In this document: in pieces, positions 35,713 through 45,062 of the stretch
How positions within the stretch are numbered: position 1 is the stretch's first letter
Layout of the letters: every line of letters starts with the position of its first letter
IMG/VR virus record: IMGVR_UViG_3300042541_001760
Span: 186,001-250,000 of that record
DNA: 64,000 nt
Strand: one strand, 5' to 3'
Notes under the pieces: generated by a model
Database searches by the model: none
Told to the model about the DNA's origin: nothing
What the model saw: the letters and a program-made list of their open reading frames with translations, nothing else
Program-made: the position numbers and the translations under genes

Positions 35713-37185
35713 ATGAGTAATTGTAATAATTGTCTACCTACCTCAATAACTTGGTCACCTGCTAACAACGGAACATTAAATTGTACGGGAACATCCGCTA
35801 GTACGGTATATACCTGCTATTCCAACGAAACTATATTTTTTACTGATTGGGACTTTTCTTCCGCCAATGTATTATATCAAGATTCCATAGATGGCGGTGT
35901 TATTCCTGTTACAGGTGTGACTATTAATTATCCATACGGTATCGCAAATACTAATAGTAAATTTTGGGTTCAGGATTCTGGAAATACGAGTATTAACGAA
36001 TACTCAATTTCATATTCTCCGTTATTGCCAGGTAATTCTGTTATTTTGACAGGCCCAATCAATAAGCCAATTACGGGAACTAATCAATTAAATTCGTTGG
36101 TCGCAATTAGCGAAGATGTTTTAGTTGGTGGCGGTCAAAGTACTTTTGATGGAAATAAAATAATTAAATACCCTGTTAGTGGTTCGTCAATTGAATCGGT
36201 AGGTTTGTTTGAATTACCTTATACTAGCGGGTCAATTAATGACATAAAATATGACGTTAAAAAACAAACACTGGTAATTACATATTACAACGATGATTTA
36301 GGAAAATACTACGTATCCGAATACACCACAGGTGGAACTATGGTTAATGAGATTGAAATCATCCCTTACGTAAACAACAAACAAATAGTTTCATTAGCAA
36401 CATATAATGGTGTTAATTATATGTTAAGTGGAGGTTCCTCAACTTGGACTTGGTATAGTTACGATAACTTAACAAATTTGAATTTAGTTAACACAGGTAT
36501 ATCTACCTTATATTCCCAACCAAGTTCATCACAAGCCTTAGGTGTTTTCAGATCACCATTCACATCAACAGGGTCGAGTTATTGCCTTTCCACAATGTAT
36601 TCATCAACATCACAATATGATGGTAACTATTATTCAGGTGGAACATATGATGGGTATTTATTTTACGTAGGTGACGGATCTACACCTGGGTTAATATACT
36701 ATAACACAGGGTCAACATCTTGGTGTTTATCCACAAGTTTAGGTGGTACTTGTATTTTGTTTGGGGGTAATAGTTGTCAAAGTCCCACACCTAACTTTTC
36801 AAGTGGTTTTTTCTCAAACGCGATGTGTCCAACGCCAACTCCATCACCAACAAATAATTGTACCGTTTTAAATATTGATGCATTTTTTGATTGTGACATT
36901 ATACCACCAACACCATCAATAACACCAACGATGACAGTTACCCCAACGTCAGGATACACTTATCCAACGCCAACACCGACGATGACCCCATCTCCAACTG
37001 CGTCAAGTCAATCATGTTCTAATGTTAACTTCTGTTTCAATATACAGAATTTTGGACCAACACCGACACCCACAATGACAATGACGCCAAGTAGTGGTTC
37101 TGGTAGAAATACGGTCGCAGGTGGAACTAGATCGTTTATCACAATTAATGACAATTTAGTTTGTCCTCCGCCACAAATAGTTTAA
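35713..37185 (+). CDS. Ser/Thr/Gly-rich putative tail fibre/adhesin-like protein with Pro-Thr repeats
   Basis: Composition and PTPT linkers resemble 40140..41753. Confidence 0.65.
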   Translation: MSNCNNCLPTSITWSPANNGTLNCTGTSASTVYTCYSNETIFFTDWDFSSANVLYQDSIDGGVIPVTGVTINYPYGIANTNSKFWVQDSGNTSINEYSISYSPLLPGNSVILTGPINKPITGTNQLNSLVAISEDVLVGGGQSTFDGNKIIKYPVSGSSIESVGLFELPYTSGSINDIKYDVKKQTLVITYYNDDLGKYYVSEYTTGGTMVNEIEIIPYVNNKQIVSLATYNGVNYMLSGGSSTWTWYSYDNLTNLNLVNTGISTLYSQPSSSQALGVFRSPFTSTGSSYCLSTMYSSTSQYDGNYYSGGTYDGYLFYVGDGSTPGLIYYNTGSTSWCLSTSLGGTCILFGGNSCQSPTPNFSSGFFSNAMCPTPTPSPTNNCTVLNIDAFFDCDIIPPTPSITPTMTVTPTSGYTYPTPTPTMTPSPTASSQSCSNVNFCFNIQNFGPTPTPTMTMTPSSGSGRNTVAGGTRSFITINDNLVCPPPQIV

Positions 37186-37187
37186 TA

Positions 37188-37793
37188 TTATTTCCAAATA
37201 CTTTCTTGGTGCATATGTCCTAAAACACAAGCATAAGCATCTGTCATATCAAAATTCTCTTTTTTAAGAGTTTGATTCTTAGTATATTGCCATTCAATTT
37301 GGGGTTCTCTCTTGGCAACCAAGTCCCAAACTATCATTTTCTTGTCAATATCTTTAGGTAATCCACCAAACAATACAAACTTATTTTTATCGTTCTCTTT
37401 AACCAATTCAGGGAAAGCAAACTTTCTTGAGTTGTATGTTGATATGTATTCAGGAACTATACCTAAAGTGTCGTATATCTCCTTAGAGATGAGTGTATTA
37501 TACCTAAGTAGTGTTTGTACTGTATAAACATTATTAGAGTTAAGTAGGGGTTCTTCTATGATTACTTTTGTAATACCTAAATTCTTATACTCGGTTAACT
37601 TTTGTTTGAATACCTCAGCCTTTAAAAATAACTCCTTAATTTTATTATCTTCTTTTGGTTTGGGGACTGGTGAGATGTGAGTTAGTTCTAATAATTCTTG
37701 ACTCATTATATCAAATAGAGCCCAACCGATAGTTTTAGTTGACACGTCTAAACCCAATACTTTTGGGTTATTCTTAATTTGTTGCTTTGCCAT
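37188..37793 (-). CDS. ruvC: RuvC-like Holliday junction resolvase
   Basis: VLGLDVSTKTIGWA, VIIEEP, DMTDAY acidic residues. Confidence 0.75.
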   Translation of the reverse strand: MAKQQIKNNPKVLGLDVSTKTIGWALFDIMSQELLELTHISPVPKPKEDNKIKELFLKAEVFKQKLTEYKNLGITKVIIEEPLLNSNNVYTVQTLLRYNTLISKEIYDTLGIVPEYISTYNSRKFAFPELVKENDKNKFVLFGGLPKDIDKKMIVWDLVAKREPQIEWQYTKNQTLKKENFDMTDAYACVLGHMHQESIWK

Positions 37794-37834
37794 ATTACAT
37801 ATGGTAATATATTAGTTAAATTTGTAAATAATAC

Positions 37835-40111
37835 TTATATATCAAGCTTAACCAAGAATTGTTGTATACTCTGTCTTTCTATGGGTGATTGTAACTTAGC
37901 AATAGCCATTAGGTCTCTAACATTGTCATATAAAGCCACTTCACTTATATATGATGGTACTCCTGCCGTCCAAGTCGGATTTGATGGGTAATTAAACTCG
38001 TTTTGATTTAGATTACACAACCATCTCATTTCATATATGGTCGCCTGTATTTCTGTTTCAATATTACCGTAGAAGTAATACTCATCTCCGAAGTTAAGGG
38101 TTTGTCCTGTTTGTCCAACTGTGGGTAATGTCACGTAATTATTTAAGTTATATGTAAGTGCCAAATCGTAATCGGACTTTGTGATATACAATGTGGTTCC
38201 TGTAATACCGCTAGTCGTGATTTTACCTCCAACTATGGTTGCCGATAATTGATTTGTTACATCTATTTTTTTCCATCCTGTCGGGCTTGGTTTTCCTTCT
38301 CCACTTACTTTCTGACATAGTATTTCAAAAGAATCATAAGTAAAATTACCAAGACACCCAAACTCATTTCCGAATGTAATTGCGATATCTTGACTAGTGC
38401 TATTACAAGTTTGATTAGGACCCAATATTGATGAATAATAATTACAATGTAATGAATTAGTATAGAAAAGGCTATTTGAGAATCTATATGTCACATACAT
38501 ATAATCAGTATTTCCCGTTAATACACCTTCTCCGTTTGGAGTTGATAGCACTAATCTCGGTGCCGGTAATGTCCAATTTCTGTTGGACTTATATGACATT
38601 GCCGCGATTATTTCCTCATCGTCAATAACTATCGTATTTAAATCGGGAAACACTTTACCTATTCTACTTGGGTATCCGTCAATTACGTTCGCATTTGTAT
38701 CCCAAAGATGATAATATCTATGACCCGGATTGTTCATATCCGTATTTTTATTTGAGGTTAGATAATGTTCTTGGAACAGTCCTAATGTTTCAAATTCTAC
38801 GTTTGGTGGGTCAACATAAAATGTTTGTCCTTGGCAACAGTCTGCTGATTTATGCCATTGTAACCAAGGTATTGTGAATCTGAAATTTCTTGCCATACCA
38901 ACCGTATTGGTTTCATTCAAAGGGTCATATGGTTGTAACGCAAATTTTTCACCATAAACAAAGTCAATGGTGTTATTAGTATAATGAACAATCGCTATTG
39001 CCTTTTGGTCTTTACCCGGTACAATGATTTTATCACCAAGAGAATTATAATAGTTAACAGAATCACTATCTGTTTGACCATTACTATTACTATATCCAAA
39101 GTATTCTTTACTACCCAAATAATTTACAGATCCAAAATTAGTATAATCCTTATAAGCAGAACCATTTAAACCTGCCGGTGATTCTGACCAAGGAATATTC
39201 ATATTCCATATATTAACATTAAATAAATCAACATCACATACAGATTCAAAATTAAAAACATCTTGATTCCAATGTGGTTCTGGCGTAGCACTGTCGTAGA
39301 AGTTAGTCATACCTGATGGGTACACCAAAACTCTCGCCTCACCTGTTACCGATGGGGTTGCATAGTTAGGAACATTTCTATCCACAGTGATTATATTACC
39401 ATTAACCCCAATAATTCTATATGTTAAAATTGGCGTACAACTTTGAAATGACATAAAACAAGATCTATCGCTTGGGGGTACTGGAGGGCATGGATTATAC
39501 GGTGAATAAACGGTTGTACATGGTGATGAAACCGAAGTATAAGTACAATTACAATTAGTTAATCCTAACCCATCATAATATATTGTAACAAAATCCCCTG
39601 CGGAAAATGAATATGTTGTTGCGGTATTACAAATACTCGGAACCGGAATTAAGGTCATAGTATTTTGACTAGGGCCTAAATTATTCATATCCACATAGTA
39701 ATTACCTGTCTTAACATATTCACTACCTGTTTTAGCACTCCAATTTGTAGGTAATGTGGTTGTGTCAGCACTAAAAAATCCTCTCATTGGGGCTACATTA
39801 TATACATTTGAAACTATAGAATCCATAAATGGTATTCCGTAAGTTGCTCCTGATAACGTATCAACATAATAAGGGTACTTAACATTTTGAAAATTGGCTT
39901 GGGGTACAGGCGCTCCATTTTGTGAATTAAAAGCGGGTTCTAACACAACACTATTTGTTTGATTAAAACCACTTATCGCGTTGTATGAAACCTCACTATC
40001 TCCAACTTGGAAATAAGTTATGTTAAAATTACCTTGTGATATTTTTTGTCTACCAATATCAGTAATTCTTGTATTAACTAAACCTGATGTATTTTTTAAT
40101 ATATAAGCCAT
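37835..40111 (-). CDS. Baseplate/tail-collar-type structural protein
   Basis: N-terminal TRITDIGRQKI..G...ITYFQVGDSE; C-terminal ISEVALYD...LMAIAKL..PI pattern of tail-collar/fibre-attachment proteins. Confidence 0.65.
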   Translation of the reverse strand: MAYILKNTSGLVNTRITDIGRQKISQGNFNITYFQVGDSEVSYNAISGFNQTNSVVLEPAFNSQNGAPVPQANFQNVKYPYYVDTLSGATYGIPFMDSIVSNVYNVAPMRGFFSADTTTLPTNWSAKTGSEYVKTGNYYVDMNNLGPSQNTMTLIPVPSICNTATTYSFSAGDFVTIYYDGLGLTNCNCTYTSVSSPCTTVYSPYNPCPPVPPSDRSCFMSFQSCTPILTYRIIGVNGNIITVDRNVPNYATPSVTGEARVLVYPSGMTNFYDSATPEPHWNQDVFNFESVCDVDLFNVNIWNMNIPWSESPAGLNGSAYKDYTNFGSVNYLGSKEYFGYSNSNGQTDSDSVNYYNSLGDKIIVPGKDQKAIAIVHYTNNTIDFVYGEKFALQPYDPLNETNTVGMARNFRFTIPWLQWHKSADCCQGQTFYVDPPNVEFETLGLFQEHYLTSNKNTDMNNPGHRYYHLWDTNANVIDGYPSRIGKVFPDLNTIVIDDEEIIAAMSYKSNRNWTLPAPRLVLSTPNGEGVLTGNTDYMYVTYRFSNSLFYTNSLHCNYYSSILGPNQTCNSTSQDIAITFGNEFGCLGNFTYDSFEILCQKVSGEGKPSPTGWKKIDVTNQLSATIVGGKITTSGITGTTLYITKSDYDLALTYNLNNYVTLPTVGQTGQTLNFGDEYYFYGNIETEIQATIYEMRWLCNLNQNEFNYPSNPTWTAGVPSYISEVALYDNVRDLMAIAKLQSPIERQSIQQFLVKLDI

Positions 40112-40115
40112 TTTC

Positions 40116-40123
40116 TATAAATA
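40116..40123 (-). promoter_or_regulatory. Putative late promoter TATTTATA
   Basis: Exact motif 4 nt upstream of ATG 40111. Confidence 0.6.
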
Positions 40124-40139
40124 CTTTATTAGTTGTTTT

Positions 40140-41753
40140 TTATGGGTTGTTAATAGACATAACATTAGTTTCTGGCGCCCCTGTGACATTACAACAAGTA
40201 CATCCATTAATTGATGAGGTACTTAGTATAAACACTTTATCGGTTGATTTAACGTAACAAGACAAGGGACTTAATTTAAGTATTGAAGTTATAACCGTTC
40301 CTGATATCACATCCACCCCTGATATTGTAATATTGTTATACGTTAAAGTGGTTGCAGTTGAATATTCCTTAGTGTTTGGTGGGCATATGCCGGTTGTTGA
40401 TCCAGATTGTGTTGAAGATGCGGTTGTTGGTGTTATACCTATAGGGACTCCATTTTTATGTACTTGAACAGTATTAGTTATACTTCCAAACGCCGGATTG
40501 GTCGCCACCATAAAATTATTATATTCGGATAAATCAAAAGTTATTATTGTACCGGATGGTAAGTTTGATATAATGTTATTATTTATGTCTCTAACAACAA
40601 CTTTAAATGTTAATTTTTTCTGTCCCACCCCTGTTGATACTATTGTATTATCTATTGTTAAATTATACGAATTTGTTGCCGGTCCGGCCGGAACGATTGC
40701 GTTCTGTTGTCTTACTGTTGACGATCCATCTTGTACCCAAATACTATAAGTACCCGCCGGTAAGTTATTAAACATTGGTGATTGTTGTGTTGTAATACCT
40801 CCATCTTTTGAATATATTACGGGTGGTTGACCGTTAAGGGGATTTATAATTAAAGATCCCGTAGAGTCGTTAACACAATTAGGGGCACTAATAGTTGGTG
40901 GATTTAAACTCATCACAGGCGCATTACAAGCCCCCGCATATGTGGTGGCATTACCCGCTGGTCCGAATAAAGTCCAACCACCAATTGGTGGAATACTCGC
41001 GTTCGTGTTTATTATCAATGTTGAGTCAATATCAACAAACCAATAAGCTTGTGATAATCCACCCCATCTCATATCGAGAGTACCAGAAATCCAAGTGGGT
41101 TTACCATTTACAATACTCCCCGTTGGTGTGAATGTATATAATGTTGTAATATTACCTGTAGTATATTGTAAACATAAATTAGGGTACACAACAGGAATTG
41201 GTGTCGGTGTTGGTGTAGGAGTTGGTGATGGTGTTTGACTAGGAACAATTAAAGAACAGGTTGTTGTTGCCGTATAATCAGACCCTCCGTTTGGCCAATT
41301 GTAGTCGGTTACTGTTACAGTATACACCCCATTAGAAGTGGCATTAGTTAAAGTAGGACCTAAAGTTCCTGTACTCCAAAGAATTTTATAAGGTGGTGTA
41401 CCACCCGATACTAACATAGTAATACTATTATTTAATAGATTTGGACTACAACTAATAGTCATTGGCGTTATTGTAACAATATCACACTGATTAACTCCTG
41501 TAACTCTATTACAGACATACAATGCGGTACATTCACCACAATTACCATAAGAACCCTCTAAAGTGACTCCTGGCGATAAAAAAGAATATGTGGGTGAATC
41601 AGGATACAATGAACCAGAACTAATAACAGTACAACAACCACTGAAATAATTGGGTATAATTACATACTTTATATCACCAATCGTTAATGTTGGAGAATTG
41701 GTTAGTGTAAACGTAAAACTGGAATCGCAACAGGATTTGAAATAATGGGTCAT
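40140..41753 (-). CDS. Putative tail fibre protein with Cys-rich N-module, two SprB-like repeats and PT linker
   Basis: VSGGTPPYKILWS...GVYTVTVTD; PNC...TGSL...NGQPP...FNNLPAGTYSIWVQD. Confidence 0.7.
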   Translation of the reverse strand: MTHYFKSCCDSSFTFTLTNSPTLTIGDIKYVIIPNYFSGCCTVISSGSLYPDSPTYSFLSPGVTLEGSYGNCGECTALYVCNRVTGVNQCDIVTITPMTISCSPNLLNNSITMLVSGGTPPYKILWSTGTLGPTLTNATSNGVYTVTVTDYNWPNGGSDYTATTTCSLIVPSQTPSPTPTPTPTPIPVVYPNLCLQYTTGNITTLYTFTPTGSIVNGKPTWISGTLDMRWGGLSQAYWFVDIDSTLIINTNASIPPIGGWTLFGPAGNATTYAGACNAPVMSLNPPTISAPNCVNDSTGSLIINPLNGQPPVIYSKDGGITTQQSPMFNNLPAGTYSIWVQDGSSTVRQQNAIVPAGPATNSYNLTIDNTIVSTGVGQKKLTFKVVVRDINNNIISNLPSGTIITFDLSEYNNFMVATNPAFGSITNTVQVHKNGVPIGITPTTASSTQSGSTTGICPPNTKEYSTATTLTYNNITISGVDVISGTVITSILKLSPLSCYVKSTDKVFILSTSSINGCTCCNVTGAPETNVMSINNP

Positions 41754-41799
41754 TTAATAATAATTCTTACAAACTAAATAATAATTGGTTATTTTTAGT

Positions 41800-41807
41800 T
41801 ATAAATA
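41800..41807 (-). promoter_or_regulatory. Putative late promoter TATTTATA
   Basis: Exact motif upstream of ATG 41753. Confidence 0.55.
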
Positions 41808-41845
41808 TCTTAATTAATGTTTTGTGGTATTAATATACCTTAGAG

Positions 41846-41853
41846 TATTTATA
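41846..41853 (+). promoter_or_regulatory. Putative late promoter TATTTATA
   Basis: Exact motif 4 nt upstream of ATG 41858. Confidence 0.55.
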
Positions 41854-41857
41854 TTAT

Positions 41858-42040
41858 ATGAAATTATTAAGAACAATAGAAAAGATGGTTACCGAATCTG
41901 AAAGAGCGTATGAAGAAGCATGTGAGAGAGGTGCTAAACCACAGGTGTTAGATAAATTAGAAAAAAACTACTTGGACTCACTTAAATTGATGTCTTTATA
42001 CGAGAGTGTTGAGAAAAATCAACAAGGGAAGACATCCTGA
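41858..42040 (+). CDS. Small protein (60 aa), leader MKLLRTIEKMVTES
   Basis: Own promoter motif; fills the gap between minus-strand genes. Confidence 0.6.
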   Translation: MKLLRTIEKMVTESERAYEEACERGAKPQVLDKLEKNYLDSLKLMSLYESVEKNQQGKTS

Positions 42041-42759
42041 CAATCATTACAATCCGTCATTGGTGGGAAAGGGAAAATATTGGATGTTTCTCTGTTTGTA
42101 ATATTATTCCAATCAATACTAGTATATGTTTCGTTGGGGGTTAAGTAATTAGCCACTACTGTGGTACATCCTGTGTATCCCGTGCCGCTACCCAAAGACG
42201 AGTTTGGTATATTAACATACCATCTTGTGTTAGGTTCAAATGTACTTTGGAATGTCTCATCTAAAGTGAATGTGTAGTCATAACAACAGGCACTAAAATA
42301 TGTTGGTGCTATCGCATCGTAACATTCCTGACAAGTCGTAAAAACCGGTTCAATATGAGTTAAAATCGATGCGGTGTTATTGGTGAATTGATATCCAGAA
42401 TATACCCAACACTGACCATATTCATTTAATGAAACAATATCTCCGAAATTAAGGTTTGGATTATCTTCCGTATAAACACAATTAGATAAATCACCACAAT
42501 TACAGAAAGTAAAATATACATTTGGTAGATACGTACAAGTAACTAATTGAAATTTTTCACAGGGGGCTATTGTCTCAATAATTTTAAGACCGACGGATGG
42601 TGCTCCACTAAATAATAGAGGTAGTGGTATTACATTAATTGGGGGTACATTATTGGTTATTGTATCAATATATTGACATCGGTTACCATAAACATCGCAA
42701 ATATATATTTCGTATGGTGGTGTAAGTCCCGTTATTGACGATATAATAATACTCTTCAT
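42019..42759 (-). CDS. Cys-rich modular structural protein
   Basis: Three modules with paralogs in 35462..35701 and 40140..41753. Confidence 0.7.
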   Translation of the reverse strand: MKSIIISSITGLTPPYEIYICDVYGNRCQYIDTITNNVPPINVIPLPLLFSGAPSVGLKIIETIAPCEKFQLVTCTYLPNVYFTFCNCGDLSNCVYTEDNPNLNFGDIVSLNEYGQCWVYSGYQFTNNTASILTHIEPVFTTCQECYDAIAPTYFSACCYDYTFTLDETFQSTFEPNTRWYVNIPNSSLGSGTGYTGCTTVVANYLTPNETYTSIDWNNITNRETSNIFPFPPMTDCNDCQDVFPC

Positions 42760-42766
42760 AACTTAT

Positions 42767-45061
42767 TTAACAAGATACACAATTTATATTATATAATATG
42801 GATACTTGTACCGTAATGTTTTGGTTTGATAAAGCGTCCGTGGTTTCTTCACAACTTGTGTTAACCGTAATTGTATTATTGTTGGTGTCAACTATAACTT
42901 CACCAATCCCTGTTACGTCACTTAGTAGTGTATCAACAGTATTATACCAACTACTATTTGCTGGAACGTCGTTTAAAGTTGTGGCGGTATAAAATGATTG
43001 AGAGTAAGAGTTTCCAGCCACTGTGGCAACCGCAGAGAATGTTGCCGAACTTAATAAACAATCCGTACAACCATTAGTTAAATCCAAATACCCTTCAAGT
43101 AACATTTTACCTAAAGTTCTTTCTGTAATACCACCACTTGATATCGTACTTTCACAAATATTGTACTCGCTCAAGTTTGATAATATAAATGATCCTGTTA
43201 CTATTACCGATTTAGTTATCGTACATCCGTCGGTGTCTTGTACTGTTAAAGTATATGTCCCTGCGGATAAATTATCAATTGCCGTACCTGTTTGACCATT
43301 GACATTTGATGACCATGTTAGGGTAAATGGGGGTATTCCTTGGAATATGTTAGCGAATATCTCTCCATTGTATCCGTTAGTGGAGCTTGTTGGTATTAAT
43401 ATAAAATTTATTTGCTCGCTCTCATCTATGTAGAAATTACTAGTTGATATACACCCATTACTATCCGTTACCGTCGCCTGATAATAACCTGACGATAAAT
43501 CATTAAAAGTATATGAACTCAATGGTATTTGACCTGATGGTGGAATAGGAAGTCCATTACCTCCTTGAATTGAATATATAAATGGTGATGTTCCGCCTGT
43601 CGTTTTAAATATCTTTACTATTCCATTATTACCCCCGCAAGTAGTTCCAGATGCTTGTGTCGTAACATTATATGATAAAGTTGACTGAACAACAACAGTA
43701 CCGCTATAAGTACAAATACCATCAGTTATTGTTAGTGTGTATGTATCAGGAAATAGATTATTGAACGAAGTATTTAAACTTTGTTGTGGTCGATTATCCG
43801 AATCCCCATTACTTTTTTTAAGTGAATAATCATAACTAGAATTTGGATTACCATTCAATGTTATTGAAATACTACCATTACTATTACCACAAACACTACT
43901 AATGACGTTAGTTGTTGCGACCGCAAAACTATTTGGTTGAGCTAAACTTACTTGTGTGTTAACACTACAAAGGGACGAATCGGTTACGGTTATATCATAA
44001 ATACCCCCATATAAATTAGGAAAGGTATATGTTTGTTGGTAAGATATATCAATATAATTTATTGATGGTATGTAATACCTATATGGTGGAGTACCATTTA
44101 TTACCGTTATCTGTATTGCCCCGTTGGGGGCAAAACAAGTCGGCGGTGTTGGAGTTATAGGCCCTAATGACACCGGAGCCACATCGGTAATAAGCGCATT
44201 TTTGGTTGATGTACAACCTTGTGCATCTGTTATAGTAACACTATAATCGCCAGCGGTTAATCCTGTTATTGAAACTCCAGTTAACGATACATTATTTTCT
44301 AATAATCCTGGTGTTGATGATGACCATAAATAAGTATATGGAGCAACTCCGGTTAATCCCGTAATAAATATTCTACCAACACCAGTACTAACATTACCAC
44401 AATTTGAGCTATTAACTGAATATAACCCATAATTTAATAGTGTGGAATTCTGTATTATAGAATTTTCACTTCTACCTGTACACCCTCCTCCGTCATCGGC
44501 AATTACATAATACATACCGTACGGTAAATTATCGAAAACGAATGTATCGGAGTTGGTGGATCCTGTTCTTATTAAATCAGGTTGATACGGTTCATTTGGT
44601 GGTGTATTAATAGGAGGTACTCTATTGTTATTATTTTCTAAATATAATTTATATGTGGCCAAACCGTTAGTATTAGCAACCGTTGCGGTTAAAGACCCAT
44701 TTACTAAACCACAAGTAGTTGGGGTTACGTTAGTAATCGACACACAACTAGATGCCGAAGAAACATATATGTTAAGTGTTGTTCTATTGTTTTGTGTTAA
44801 CTCGGTAGGTCCTCCACAAGAGTCATTTATTTCTAGTACATATAAACCTGCCGGTAGATTACTATATGTTCTCGGTCCATTTAAAATACCTGTTTCAACC
44901 GAAGGTCCTCCACCCTCATTTGGGGACCAAGGATTTGGTAGATACCAAGTAATACTCATCGGTTCTGATGTCGTAGATAGATTGAGGGTAAATGACCCCG
45001 ATGCATTATTTTGACAGTCACCAACTACACTAAAATCACTAAAATTAAAATCGCAAGCCAT
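42767..45061 (-). CDS. Structural protein with about seven SprB-like repeats
   Basis: Repeats C...NG.I.I....GTPPY.Y.W.......L..G.Y.VTVTD..GC. Confidence 0.8.
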   Translation of the reverse strand: MACDFNFSDFSVVGDCQNNASGSFTLNLSTTSEPMSITWYLPNPWSPNEGGGPSVETGILNGPRTYSNLPAGLYVLEINDSCGGPTELTQNNRTTLNIYVSSASSCVSITNVTPTTCGLVNGSLTATVANTNGLATYKLYLENNNNRVPPINTPPNEPYQPDLIRTGSTNSDTFVFDNLPYGMYYVIADDGGGCTGRSENSIIQNSTLLNYGLYSVNSSNCGNVSTGVGRIFITGLTGVAPYTYLWSSSTPGLLENNVSLTGVSITGLTAGDYSVTITDAQGCTSTKNALITDVAPVSLGPITPTPPTCFAPNGAIQITVINGTPPYRYYIPSINYIDISYQQTYTFPNLYGGIYDITVTDSSLCSVNTQVSLAQPNSFAVATTNVISSVCGNSNGSISITLNGNPNSSYDYSLKKSNGDSDNRPQQSLNTSFNNLFPDTYTLTITDGICTYSGTVVVQSTLSYNVTTQASGTTCGGNNGIVKIFKTTGGTSPFIYSIQGGNGLPIPPSGQIPLSSYTFNDLSSGYYQATVTDSNGCISTSNFYIDESEQINFILIPTSSTNGYNGEIFANIFQGIPPFTLTWSSNVNGQTGTAIDNLSAGTYTLTVQDTDGCTITKSVIVTGSFILSNLSEYNICESTISSGGITERTLGKMLLEGYLDLTNGCTDCLLSSATFSAVATVAGNSYSQSFYTATTLNDVPANSSWYNTVDTLLSDVTGIGEVIVDTNNNTITVNTSCEETTDALSNQNITVQVSILYNINCVSC

Positions 45062-45062
45062 T

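Noticed and set aside
36829-41245. CCAACA/GGTGTT-type short repeats as regulatory or CRISPR-like arrays
   Set aside because: They are degenerate codon repeats encoding Pro-Thr linkers inside two CDSs.
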